A DNA stretch of 64,000 nucleotides from Lama guanicoe (lineage: Eukaryota). The stretch is from contig MU053629.1 in NCBI GenBank assembly GCA_013239625.1, positions 592,676 through 656,675 on the forward strand, written 5' to 3'. The notes under the pieces were generated by a model. It was not told the DNA's origin, made no database searches, and worked only from the letters and a program-made list of their open reading frames with translations. Positions 51,767 through 64,000 of this stretch are shown piece after piece (the first letter of the stretch is position 1; every line of letters starts with the position of its first letter). The translations under genes were made by a program, and so were the position numbers.

Positions 51767-54169
51767 GTAACACAGGAGCATTCACCTTGGTCTTACCCAG
51801 AACCTCAACCCACCCCAACCCGCTCCAGGCAGGGGCTGCCCTTTATCCTTAAGGAGAGAAATTAACACATTCCAGAGCCATAGCAAAATGTTTGCAGTAA
51901 GCAGACCTGGAAGCAGTTTTAGGAGAGGGAGATGGCAAAGCAGGATGCTAACATGCAGGGAAATGGCCCCTGGAGATGGCACACAATCCCTTTTTCTCTT
52001 TGTTTCTCTTCTATGAGAGAAAACATATGATAAGTTGCACCTTCGGATGGACAGCGTAGTAGTATGTGTTGCCCTAGGTTTGCTAGTGTCCAGAGTACCT
52101 CACGCCATCACTTATGGCCCAGGAAACAAGAATCGGTGAGCGCATATTCTCCAAAGGTGCAGTGGTTTCCAGCGGCAATGAGGGAATTGGTAAGGATTAT
52201 CAGTCTTTGTTGGGGTGAGGGATAGATTTTTTTAAATTAAATACAATGTGAATATCAAGTTGTGGGGACACTCCCTTTGTACATACTTCTGTATGTGTAC
52301 TCACACCTGGCACTTTGCCTCCTTGTACCCCATGAGCTGTTCGTCTTCCTCATCCCTGTCTCCTCAAGCCTGACGTCACAGGTCCCAGTGATACATCTGT
52401 TTGGTTAATTTTTCAGTGCTGTAGCTCCAGCATGCAGGGATAGAACAGGAAAAGTTTGTGCTTCCCCACCTCTTAACTACATACATATACACACAAACGT
52501 ATTCATGTATATATGTATCCTCTTGGAATTCATTGTATGTAGACTGTTCTTCATGTTAACATATAATGAATGTTTGTGATTTTGAGTCATACTTGGCATT
52601 TAGCTGCTCCCATCGTTGGACACGTAGGTTGTTTTCAGTTATTTGCCATGATAGACAGTCTGTGATACAATAACACGTCTTTGTGTGAACTCAAATCTTT
52701 GTGACCCTCTTGCATCATTTCCTTAGGGTAAATTTCTAGAAACACGATTGTGAGCAGCTTATTTTTATCTTCAGGACATTGAGAATTGTGGCTTGGACAA
52801 GTTGTTTATCTTCTGCGTTGTCCCACTGCGGGCAGGACTGGAGGATGTTAATGATAGAGCGATGTGGATGTGTTCCGGGCTCATTCTGTCTCTCCCTGCC
52901 CTTGTTTTTCCTGTTTCTTGTGTTATTTTCATCTTACTACTGGAGACACATCAGATCTTTACAAGAATAAAGCCAGAGCCAGAAAGAGAAATGGAATCAG
53001 GAGATCAAAAAGTTTTAAATTTTTTTTTAAAGTTTGTACTTTAACCTGTCTTCATACCTGTGGTAAAATTGCCCTTCCAGAAAGATGACTGAATTCTACA
53101 TTTACAGCTAGCAGTGTATGGAGCACACTTTTTAATACTCCTTTTCCAGGTTGGGAAATCAATCATTGAAAAAAAAAAACGCTTTTGCTAATTTGCTTGG
53201 TAGAGTTTTTACTGTTTGACTTTATATTTCCTTGATTTTTACATTATTAATCATTTTTCACATTTCAGTTATTTTTTATTATGTGAACTTTTCTAGTCAT
53301 GCTTTTTTGTATATGCATGCTGATTTTTCTTACAAATTCTCATGAATTCTTTAAATATTAATAATAATATTAACTTCTGTTCTTAAGATTTATGTCTGAC
53401 ATTTAAATTGTCACAACTTGACTAAGAGCAGTTATATAGCATACATATTAAAACCCTGAAAATTAAGTATACTCTTTGGTCTGGAAACTCTGTTTTTAAG
53501 AATTTATACCTCAAAAATGTTACAAACGTGTACAAAATTTTAGCTACAAAGGTGTTTTTCGTATTATTGTTTATTATATGCAATGAGTAGAAACATACTC
53601 AACAATATAAAATTGCAAAGTGATAAATGTATGTGCTGGAGTATTATATAGCCCTCAAAAAGATGGAGTATGTGGAACAAGGAGATTGAAAAAGAGAATA
53701 AGTAGCATGATCTTATTTTTGAAAATATATATGCCTGCCCACAGACACTGACGCATGGTGAAATTATCCCGGGTGGGGAGATGTGAGAGGTCATGTGTTT
53801 CATTTATCTTGCTGTATTTTTCTAACTAGTCTATTAGATATATTTGAGACACAGATTAAAGTGCTGTTCCAAGGACCACAAACATATGGAATAAGAAACT
53901 GTCTTTCAAATCTATTTTAAATGAGAATTTCAAGCCACTCTCCCAGTTTTCCTCCCCACTCCACCCCAAAGGCATATGCTCTTTACTTCAAACATTCCTA
54001 GAATATACTGCCCTGGATATTCAATTCTGGGGGGAAACTAGATAGTTTTAATATTCCTTGTTTTAGGATAAAGTCAGTTCTGGCTGATACAAAAGCATTG
54101 CTTTTGGGGTCTCTGCTCTCTGACTTTTGATGCCTGAAACTGTCTTACTTCCCACTTCTGACTCTACAG

Positions 54170-54304
54170 CCTGGGAGCAAGATGGTGTCCTCTGCCAAAG
54201 CTGCAGTGCCCACCGTGAGCGACCAGGCTGCGGCCATGCAGCTGAGCCAGTGTGCCAAGAACCTCGCCACCAGCCTGGCAGAGCTGCGTACCGCCTCGCA
54301 GAAG
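54170..54304 (+). CDS. TLN2: TLN2 exon (~23), R4: PGSKMVSSAKAAVPTVSDQAAAMQLSQCAKNLATSLAELRTASQK
   Basis: tctacag|CCT...AAG|gtaagt; 135 nt. Confidence 0.97.
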
Positions 54305-56258
54305 GTAAGTGGACCCTTGTCACCACGATTAGCCTGTCGGGAGTGCAGCTTTTAATTTCTTACTGATGGTGTGACCTGGATGCTCCCTGCAGCCTGAACA
54401 CTGCCAGGCATATTCCTTGGCACAGTTGTCTGTTCCATTTGCTTCACCATTAAAGACACTCACGTGGATTGGCTTCTACCACTTGGAGCCACTGTCTCGT
54501 AGTCTTAGTTATCACCTTCTGGTTACAGGTGACTTTGGTTAAACCATGTTCAGTTGCCTACTTCGCCTCCTCCCTTACCCTGAGACAAGCAGTGGTCTAT
54601 TTTTCAGTCTTAGGGAGACTGTAGTCAGTTTATTGGTGACGGGTCAACTGTAGGCCAAAGTCAGGGAACACATCTTCCAGGTATCATCTTGTGAACTAAT
54701 ATCAAATTATTTAGGCAGCAAATCTATTTTGGAGTGTCATTTATATTAACTTTGCCCTGAAAGGTTTTCACATCTCAAATGGGAGCATTCACCTTAACAA
54801 GATCCTCAATAGACCAGAATTGGAGATTAATGAGTTTCTGTCTCTGGAATTTATTAATTACCAAAGGGCCTCATTACTATACTGTTTGATGTGGTATTAG
54901 CATGAAGTTCTGGCATGAATTCATTTTTCCTCATTGCAACAGTCCCTTTGTAGAAACAGGCAACCTCATACCTGAGTGAGGGAGGAAGGTTAGAAACTGA
55001 TTTGAATTTGTAATATGAACAGTGCACTATATCACCAAAGAAAAATGTCTGTAGAGATCCAGGGAGCATCTGCACTGGAGTCATGTGGGGGATATGCAGA
55101 ATGCACGTTCCTGGGCCTTGAGCACCCAAATCAGAATGCGAAAACGAATATATGCCTGTGTATGCATGACTGGGGCATGGTGCTGTACACCAGAAATTGA
55201 TGCATTGTAATTGACTACACTTCAGTTAAAAAAATAAAACTAGATCATCTGGTCATAGAGCACAGACATCATGATTTTAACAAATTTCTTCAGTGAATCT
55301 GTGACACACCCACCTCAAACAGCTGCTTGGTAGAAGTGAGCCCCAAAGTGAAGCTCAAGCAGGACTGTCCACTGGCTTCAGGAAGACGCTGTGAGAGCGT
55401 TTAGTTATTTTTGTATTATAAGGGTCAAGAGTACAGGCTATAGAATCAGACTGCCTGCGTTCAAATTCTGGCCTTGCCACTGACTAGTTTTGTGTCCTGG
55501 GCAAGTTAATTAAACCTCTCTGTGCCTCAATGTTCTCACCTGGTAGTATTGGTACACAGAAATCGATCAGTTAGCATTTACTGCTGCTGTTAGCATTGTC
55601 TTAAAAGGAAAGAAGTTAAGATTTACCAGTATTTAATACACTTATCAGTGATCATATATGTGTCTAGTGTATTAATCTGTGTGCTGGGGGGGTGTGATCA
55701 AAGCATTTGGAGACCAGTGTTCTAAATGATCATGAACTAGTGTTCTTTAAACAAATATTTTTTAATGAGGAAAAAAGAAATATTTCATCACCTTCAGTAA
55801 GAAAAGATAATGATTTACAATCTAGAGATTTGTAAAGAGGATCAATAGGTTGATAGAGACATGTCCCCAGAGTCCTGAGTTCATTCATTCATTCACCCCA
55901 TGCTTCCCAAGCTTCTAGGTGCACACATACTGTGCTCGGAGCCCTGTGTCTAGAACCTAAACACAGTGAATAAGGGGCCTCTTAGTCTGAGAGGCAATGC
56001 ATTTTATATAACAGCTTCGGGGAGACTTTAAGTATATCCAATTATGAGACACGCATAATTGCTTATTCAGGGATCTGAGGACTAAGCTCCTGGTGGGACT
56101 TAAGTTTGTGCTCTCAGGAAATGCTTGCACCCTTGCTTCTCTTGCTAGACTGGGAGAGTCATCGGTTATATCCATCGGTTATATTCATACGTTGCAAGGT
56201 ACTGGGAACGCTTTTCCCCAGCAGACTGTTGTGCGCATGTTCCCAACTCTCCTGACAG

Positions 56259-56387
56259 GCCCATGAAGCCTGTGGTCCAATGGAAATCGATTCAGCTCTG
56301 AGCACGGTGCAGACTCTGAAGAGTGAGCTGCAGGACGCCAAGGTGGCTGCTGTGGACAGTCAGCTGAAACCACTCCCAGGGGAGACT
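56259..56387 (+). CDS. TLN2: TLN2 exon (~24): AHEACGPMEIDSALSTVQTLKSELQDAKVAAVDSQLKPLPGET
   Basis: cctgacag|GCC...ACT|gtaaga; 129 nt. Confidence 0.96.
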
Positions 56388-58566
56388 GTAAGAGATGCTG
56401 GCAGCAGCTGGGGGCGGGGCTCTGCCTTTTATTTCCTGCGTTGAGACATTTTAGAAGTTGGGGGTAGTGTGCCTAAATTTCAAGCTTTTCTAACACAAAG
56501 CCCTAGTGTAGCCTTTAGAACTGTGTTCAGACAGAGATCGCCCTGATACCTCTGGTGATGGTTCTGCATATGTTCTCCTGGGATCTGGCTGGGGATGAAT
56601 GGGGATCTGTTAATAGTCATCCCTCTTTTTCATAAACAAGACCTGCTGGTGTTTGAGGCAGGTGTTCTGATCCTGTGGCCTTTTTCTGAAAAGAATGCTC
56701 AGTGCAGCTGGAGGAACTGTGTTTAGAACCAGAAGTTCTGGCTTCTGGGTTCAGCTTGTATCATCAACCAGCTGTAGGCAAGCCCCAGATCTCCTCTGAG
56801 GTAGCTTATGGAGGAAATGGGTGGCAATGAGGTTATAAAGATAAACACAGAAACCATTTTCAACCGTCATGTCTTTTTAAAAGACATTTCTGTAAGGCGC
56901 TTGTAAGGCATTGGAATGAACAAGAGTGAAGCAATTGAAGGTAGTAAAACCACAATAGCAAGTAGAATGATGGCACCAGAAATCTAACTGGATCATGTTA
57001 CGTGACTTCCTGATGTCTATGGCAGGGTTTTCCTGGCTAAAATTTTACCAATATTCCTCATTTGTATGCCCCTCATTTCCCTCATTGCTAATAAAATGCC
57101 ACCATTTATTAAGCACCTGTTAAGCGGTGTATACACACTCAGTCACTCTCGTTTATCCTGATAATGACTTTAATGAGCAAGTGTTGTTCACCCATTTTAC
57201 AGCCAAGGAAACAGAGGTGCAGAGGTTGTCACTGTTCTCTCCAATGTTACCTGGCAGTTTGCGTCAGAGCCGAGGCTTGAATCCCATCTACAGGACCCCA
57301 AAACCCATGCCCCCAATCCCTCCTGTTGAGAGCTTTTACTCTTAACTATTGCCACTCCTTAGATGAACTAAAAACTTTCAGAATATAAAGGGACTACCAG
57401 GGCATCTAACTTATTGAACGATGACTAGTACTCAAAAGCACTCAGAAAACACTTCTTAAATCAAGCTACCTCTAATTGTAAAAACCAGGAAACTCAGGCT
57501 CAGAGGGGTTAAGTCACTTAACTAAGGTCCACCAGCTAATGATGAATTCAGGGTTGGTTCCTGGGTCAGCGGCTTTGCAATGTGGTCCAGGTGTCCTTTG
57601 GCAAACTTCTGTACTCCAGGGAGCCCATGACCTACATCTGCCTTTACGTAAAACAACCATTCAGTTAGACTGCAAGAAACATCATGTAATTTTTAAAGAA
57701 GTTGCCCTAAAAGAATATGTGTATTGTGTTGTATTGTTGGCTGCAGTGGACCAGGCTGTTTTTCACTTGAATGCAGTGCCTCTCTTGGGAAACGCATTGT
57801 GGGGTTAAAAATACGCACGTTCCCTGATGTTTTTCTGAACTCTCACAGTGTACCCCAAAGTTCTCTTCCAAAATGTTGTCCTCATCCAGTAATTAAGTAA
57901 TTACTCATACCCTAGACCTTTACTGACATAATTCTCTGAATTATTTATTTAGTTTACAGAGCGAGATGAGGTGCTGGTCACGGGAAGCAAGTGCTTTGCC
58001 CGTTTTCGTAATCTCATCTACCACTCCAAGCCTCTATTTCTATTGCATTTCCTTCTGGTTAGAACTCCTCAAAGTAAAATAATCAAATTGTACCATGTTC
58101 ATGGTCCCGCATGCCAGGAAGGTGGAACAGCTGGATGTCTGCCCACTTCCTGCCAAGGCATAATTAATTCTCACTAACGATTTGTTGCAGACTTCCTAAA
58201 TTAGCTTCTAAAGGCATAATACTAATAGCTACCATTTGCTGACTACCTACATTAATTTTCTGAAAACCTTCAGAGCTAGGTGCTGTGATCTCAGGACACG
58301 GAGACTTGGAGCGGCTTAATAATTTACCTCCATCTCACACAGCTAGCAACTGGGGAAAGGGAACAGAGGGCAGGGTGTGAACTCAGGTTTGTTTATTGTG
58401 AAGCTTGGGCACTTTCCCTCCATCACTCCACTTCTTCTCAGCGCCATTGGTGTCTTGGGTGGGAAAGAGTTAAGGCCCAAAGTTTGATTTGCATTATTTT
58501 GGAACTGAGATTTCAATGGATGGTTCTTTTCTTCTGAGCTCTCCTCCCCCTCAAATATTCCTCCAG

Positions 58567-58669
58567 CTGGAAAAATGTGCTCAGGACCTGGGAAGTACAT
58601 CTAAGGCAGTGGGCTCCTCCATGGCGCAGCTCCTGACCTGTGCTGCTCAAGGCAACGAGCACTACACAG
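58567..58669 (+). CDS. TLN2: TLN2 exon (~25), R5: LEKCAQDLGSTSKAVGSSMAQLLTCAAQGNEHYT(G)
   Basis: cctccag|CTG...G|gtgaga; 103 nt, phase 0 to 1; next exon not found in the window. Confidence 0.97.
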
Positions 58670-60599
58670 GTGAGACCCGCACCCTCGGTGACGCCCGGTG
58701 GCCAGGTGCAGACTCCTGGGCTGGTCGGGGAGGTCACTGATCTGACAACGAACCTGACTGTTTTATCTCAGCGGTTCAACACACATTTTTCAAGCTCCTT
58801 CCACATGCTTGTTACTGGGCTTGATGCTGAGCATACGAAGGCTGATCAAATATGATTCTCCCAAACTGTTTGAGAAAACAACGAATAAGATCTCAGCGAC
58901 GTTTTCAACGATGAAAGGAGACAGATGAGTGAGAACTGACAGACTCTAAGAGATAAAAACCTGAATGTCTCCAGGCATAGGAAAGCTTACAAGAAACCAG
59001 CTGATGGGGTGCTGCAAAACTCTGGGAGGGTCTGAGTGCTGCAGGCACCAGGTATCCTTGAACCAGGAAGACTGGGTAAGGAACAGAATGGATAAGGAAA
59101 ACAGCAGGTGACATAAGGGAGGGGGTGTTATCACAGTAGGAAGCAGACACCGTAGGCAGTCTGTAGCCATCCAAGATGCAAACATCAAGAAGTTTCAGTA
59201 TAACCTCATTACTTAAGTAGGAAATAGAAGAAATCTTCAAGAACTGAGTAGCTCTAGAGATAGGAATCAGGTGGGCCAAACATGGATTGCAGCTTTTCTT
59301 ATACAGCAGTACAGCTTAACTCTTTTTTTTTTGAAATATATATTGTTATTGAAGAATAATACACATCCAGAAGAGAGCATAAGACCTAAGTGTATACTTC
59401 CGTGAGTTATCACAAACTGGATGCAACCCCAGAAAGCTCCACCAAGATGAAGTGATGGACATCTCCAGTGTCCCAGTGTGGTTGCCGGGTCATAGCCTGT
59501 ACAGCTAGCTATGCAGCCACACTCCTTCTGGCAGCACCTGGACGTCCCAGTCCTACACTCTTGTCACCACTCTGTATTGTCGCCATTCGCCATTCTGTTG
59601 AGTGTATAATAGTGTCACGTTAGAGTTTTAATTTGCATGTCCCCTGAGGCACAGTACAGTTGAGGACCTTTTCCATTTATCGACCATTTGGTTATCTTCT
59701 TTAATGAAGCATCTGTTCATGTCTTTTGCCCATTTTTAAAAATTTGAGTTTGCTGACTGCTTATTCATTTGTAGGAGTTTGTTGTCACATTTATTTCTTG
59801 TATGTTGCAGCTTACCTCTCCACTGTCTTAAAGGTGTTTGTTGATGAACAAAACTTAAGTTTTACTACATCTGATCATTGGTGTTTACCAATCGCAGAGA
59901 TCATTTGAGGCTCTAGATTGTGTTTCCTTCCCTACAGAGGATGATTCTTTTATTTTAGCAGCTGGTAAAGAAAGGAGCAGATCAACCTAACGTGGACGGC
60001 ACGGAACTGATTGGATCTTGTGAAGTCTATTTGCAGCTTACCTTTCAGGGCGTAGCCCTTGGTGCCTCCCATCCAAACGTCTGTGGTGTTGGCCAGGGCC
60101 CTTCTGATTCTTGAGCTCAGGACTGTGTGTTTCCATCTTCCCAGCCCAGTGAGATTTCAGGAAGTGTTGCTCACCTTCTCAGCTTCTGGACAAGAGTTGA
60201 CAAGTGAGGAAATGCCTTAACAGGGAGAAGCAGCATTGTGCTCAATTCTCTGTGCTTTCTTTCTCTTCAAGATCCTGGCTCTCTTTACCTTGGTTACTTA
60301 GTGTTTCTCCGGTGCTTTGAAACAGATAATTTTGTCTATTTTTTTTCTCAGTGTTTCTGGTTGTTTCTCTGAGGGGAAGGCTTCATCATTAGTTATTCTG
60401 CCATTACTATAAGGAAAATCTTCTTTGATTAAAAAAAACTGTATTTATTCCTTTAAAAATGAGAGCACAAGAGAAGTACAAAAAGAGTTAGATACAGGGT
60501 CATACAGCCCCTGCAATAAAAAGAATGTACAGTTCTGTCCTCGTGAAAAGGTAAGGGAGTTTCAGAGCAAAACTGACACCTGATCAGGGTTTTAAGGAT

Positions 60600-61800
60600 C
60601 ATTTATGACTCATTTAGCATTCAGGGAGAAGGGAAAGTATCTGTAAATTCTTAAAAGCATAAGGCATATGAGAGATTTAGTTTCAAAAATTTCCACACAT
60701 TCCTGAAATCTTGCCAGATTTTTGTGCAGATGATGAAATGGATTTTTAACAAAGGAAGGACCGCTTTACAAGTTGCATCATCTGATACTGATAACATCCA
60801 GGATGACAGACTGTCTAGCTGTTGTCTGAAAAGCAGGCTAGAAGGAGCCGCATTCTGTTTTGGCAGCCGCTGACGGGTGGTGGATGTGGGAACAGCGTAA
60901 GTGAAGAGTCCCTGAGGCCAGAGAGGAGAAGGCTGATCAAGTGAACTGAGAAAGATCCAAGTAAAAGGCAAGGAGGTAGGGAGTGAGAAGGTAAGGCTGG
61001 AAACGTAGGCTGGGGCCAGATCGTATAAGGCCTCATTAGCCACTTTAAATAAACTGAATTTTAACCTGAGAGCATGGGAAAATACTGAAGAGTGTTAATC
61101 TGTGGACACAGTCTCGATTGCCCTTTAATGCAAATTGTCCTTCCTCTCATGTGTGGATCAGCTGAGGGGAAGCAGAGTTGGAGGCAGGGAGACCAGTGAG
61201 AAGGCTGTTGCCTCATCCACAGAAAAGATGATAGTGGCCTGTGAACGGGATGAAGGGGTGCATTAAAGAAACAGAGACCTGACAGTTGTTAGTGACCAGT
61301 TCGAATATGGCAGGACGGGAGTAGAGAGGGTAACGAACAGCTCTAAGTGTGCGGCCCGATGGCTGGATGAAGAGTTGTATCCGTCTCTGTGACAGAAACC
61401 CAGGATCATTGGCAGGGATGCCGAGGCCTGGAGTTGAGCGATGCCAGGTTCAACTTGTCATGTATTCAATTTGAAATACCTGCAGGACATCCAAGTAGAA
61501 GTGCCCATTAGGCAGCTAGATATTTGCTTCTGGAACTCAGTGATGAAGTCTAGGCTGGAGATAAATATTTTATATGTTAATAAAATGATAATGAGTGAAA
61601 CCATGTGGGTAAATAAGTTTGCCTAGGGGGAGTGGTAGAGTGAGAAAGTTTATCGGATGTAACCCTGAGGAGCCCAAATATTTAAGAAGAAGGCTAAGCG
61701 ATATAAATCTTTGAAAGAAATGAAAACATGCAGCCTCGGAAGGAGGAAGGAAACCAGGAGACAGGGTGTCTCTTGACTCACAGAGATAATTGCTGCCCAG
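60600..61800 (-). mobile_element. L2 LINE remnant
   Basis: L2-like text ggctggggccagatcgtataaggcct, ggaggcagggagaccagtgagaaggctgttg, ttgaaatacctgcaggacatccaagt; boundaries approximate. Confidence 0.7.
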
Positions 61801-63952
61801 CAGGTCACTTGAGAGAGGGACTTAAGCATCAATTGACGTAAGGAGAAACCAGGTCAGTGCTCTCCCAGTTAAAGGCATTTTCAGGAATTGAAGAATGGCT
61901 GGGAAGCAAGGAGACAGTGCAAGTGAGGATGGCTTCCCGCTGGCTGTCAGCTCCCTCCTCCACACTCGACATGTGTAGAATATTCAGAACTTATCCGTTG
62001 GCTGCCACCGGGCTGGATTCTAATGCAGATATGTTTTTGTTTGGCGAGTACAGTGTTTAAAATTTCTTCTCGGCTGGTTACAGTCATGTAGACAGAACCT
62101 TTTCCAGATTAAAAAAAATCTTTCATACCTGGTTTTTACCTTTTGAGTCTGATAGGTGGCCTAACGCTGTCTGCACACAAGCTACGTGAATTCTGATCGA
62201 GAAGAACTACTAGTACAAAGAATTCCACTATAGTTCATATCACTAACGTGTCTCCTTAAGCCTCCATTGCTGACTATAATTTGAGATCGAGATGGCAGGG
62301 ATGCTGTGAAAGTAATCTGTGTCTTCCAAGGACTGTGGTTATTGAAACACTAGTCTGCTTCAGTGTCTCCCACTGGCAGTTCCGGTGTGTCCTGCACACT
62401 TGACTACAGGAGCAGACTTTTTGCGGAGGGGGGTGTTTGCTTGGAGACCTGCCCCGGGTGATTCTCACCATTACCCCGAGAATGTTGCTGTGAATTCAGC
62501 CACTTAAAGCCTTGGATGTTCATTGGGCTTCCTGGCATCTGGTGGCCTTATCTGAGCCTCTTGTGGGTGTGACTTCCTCTTTCTGGGAAACCTAATCCTT
62601 CCAAAGAGGATCCTTGACGTGCCTTGAGATTTTGTCGGGAGTCCTTGGCAGACAGCATGTGGGCAGATCAGCCGAGGCTTTGGGAATTCAGCGCTGCTGG
62701 TTTCTGCCTTTTTGGAAAGCTGTCTGAATCTATAAAAGGTCTTTCAGTAAATGATTTTTTCATAAACATGGCTCTTTTAATTGGATATGACAAATGTTTT
62801 ATTCTTCTGAAGTCACGCGACTCAAATAGAAATGGGTTCAAGAGTCGGTATGGTAGATCTGGAGACCGGAGGGGAGGTCTAGAAGTCACAGCCTAGACTT
62901 TTCAGTGGACAGAGCTGTGATCTCCGCCTCTCCTAAAACCCATGGGAAGCCGAGGCCCAGAGGGGAAGGCAGCAGCCCCAGAGGCCACACAGCTAGTCGG
63001 CAGAGCCGGAGCTGGGTGAGGTCTTCACCACGCCCTGCCCTTCTGAGCAAGGATGTCCTTTGACCCTGTGCTGGAAGCCTCAACATAAGATGGAATGACT
63101 CTTCTACTCGGCCTCTTTCCTTTACCTTGGCTTTGTTTATCTTTGTGTTTTCTCCTCTGCAGTTAAAAACACGCTGTTTAAAATTCGTTCATTTCACATG
63201 CTGCGCCCGGACGTGCCCTGTGATGAACGGCAGGTTGGCGGCTTTGTAACTTGTGTGGATTAGATTGTGGAGTTACGTCCCAGCTGAGTGCTTCCTAAAT
63301 ATTTACAGACTGGCAAGTCTGCTGGGCTGCGAAATTGTCTTGTTTTATGGATCTGGGGCCTTTCCTGCTCATTATGGGACTATGGCGCCTCGTCCTCTGT
63401 ACGGAGGGGACCGCCTGCTACATCTGTGTGGACTCAGAGCTGAAGAGGCGCCGGTAAAGGCCACATTCAGTGCTGCCTAAGGCCGTCCAGCCAAAGCCTT
63501 TAGAAAATAGTGTTCTCGGAGCGCAGTGAGAGGGAACTTGATCTGTGTGCTTTCCAGGCGGATGTTACATGTTCTAACAAGAATGCCTCATAGTCCCCTG
63601 TTCCGAAGAGCGATGTGCAGAGTCTGACCCAGAACTTGAGAAACCTCAGATTTTAAAGTGTGTCCATGGACAAGATACTTCTCAGCCATGGGCCTCAGCT
63701 GAAATGGTTTGATAGGAAGAGCTTCGGGGCTGGCTATTCTGCGATTCTCAGGATTCTGGGACCCTTTTGTTACGAGTGCTGGACTTTCCAGTCTTCATCC
63801 TTTTCTTGGGTGTGCCAAGTCCTAGGTGCTATGTAGGAAGGCTCCTCTTTCTATGGGAAGCGGTACTGTCGTTTTTAAGATTCTAGTTTATAGTTATATC
63901 GTTTATCACCAAATCTCATCATCTTTAGAAATGAATTTAAAGATGAGCAGGC

Positions 63953-64000
63953 GGGGAGGGTGTAGCTCAGTGGTAGAGTGCATGCCTAGCATGCACAAGG
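63953..64000 (+). mobile_element. tRNA-derived SINE (Vic-1-like), 5' part, truncated by the window end
   Basis: ggggagggtgtagctcagtggtagagtgcatgcctagcatgcacaagg. Confidence 0.85.

Larger units (their letters stand above)
1..64000 (+). other. TLN2: Talin-2 gene, internal part (window starts and ends inside introns)
   Basis: 19 exons splice in frame into talin-2-specific sequence (e.g. YIKQRGAEKRIFQ, ITKDSVMRVDEKTKEVLQEWPLT). Multi-kb introns fit TLN2 rather than the compact TLN1. Confidence 0.97.

Noticed and set aside
56160..56184. Short tandem duplication catcggttatat x2 upstream of a TLN2 exon
   Set aside because: Simple local slippage duplication with no evident function.
63953..64000. 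tRNA-like sequences with A/B boxes (also 3243, 16335, 36289, 39400, 42495)
   Set aside because: Diverged SINE heads with A-rich tails and TSDs, not functional tRNA genes.
1..64000. miR-190a (known TLN2 intronic miRNA), CRISPR arrays or prokaryotic systems
   Set aside because: I did not see the mature miR-190 sequence, which is expected nearer the 3' end of TLN2. The sequence is mammalian and has no regularly spaced repeat array.

Overview
Mammalian genomic DNA, most likely a camelid (inferred from the tRNA-derived SINE family and artiodactyl-type L1 3' ends). The + strand carries 19 consecutive coding exons of talin-2 (TLN2). By my count against the human protein these are coding exons ~7-25, about aa 263-1120, covering FERM F2/F3, the linker and roughly rod bundles R1-R5. 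All have canonical AG/GT sites and consistent phases (2570 coding nt). The introns hold L1, L2, MIR, MER5/Tigger elements, young SINEs and microsatellites. The main unexpected observation is a spliced gene on the - strand nested inside TLN2. Its exons at 15623(or 15469)-15381, 14708-14640, 13620-13584 and 9722-9493 have canonical, phase-compatible splice sites and join into one open frame, followed by an AATAAA about 310 nt past the stop. Two of these exons overlap TLN2 coding exons and their acceptor tracts antisense. Candidate 5' exons lie at about 22.9-24.4 kb. The predicted product is 149-212 aa and I do not recognise it. No expression or conservation data could be checked.
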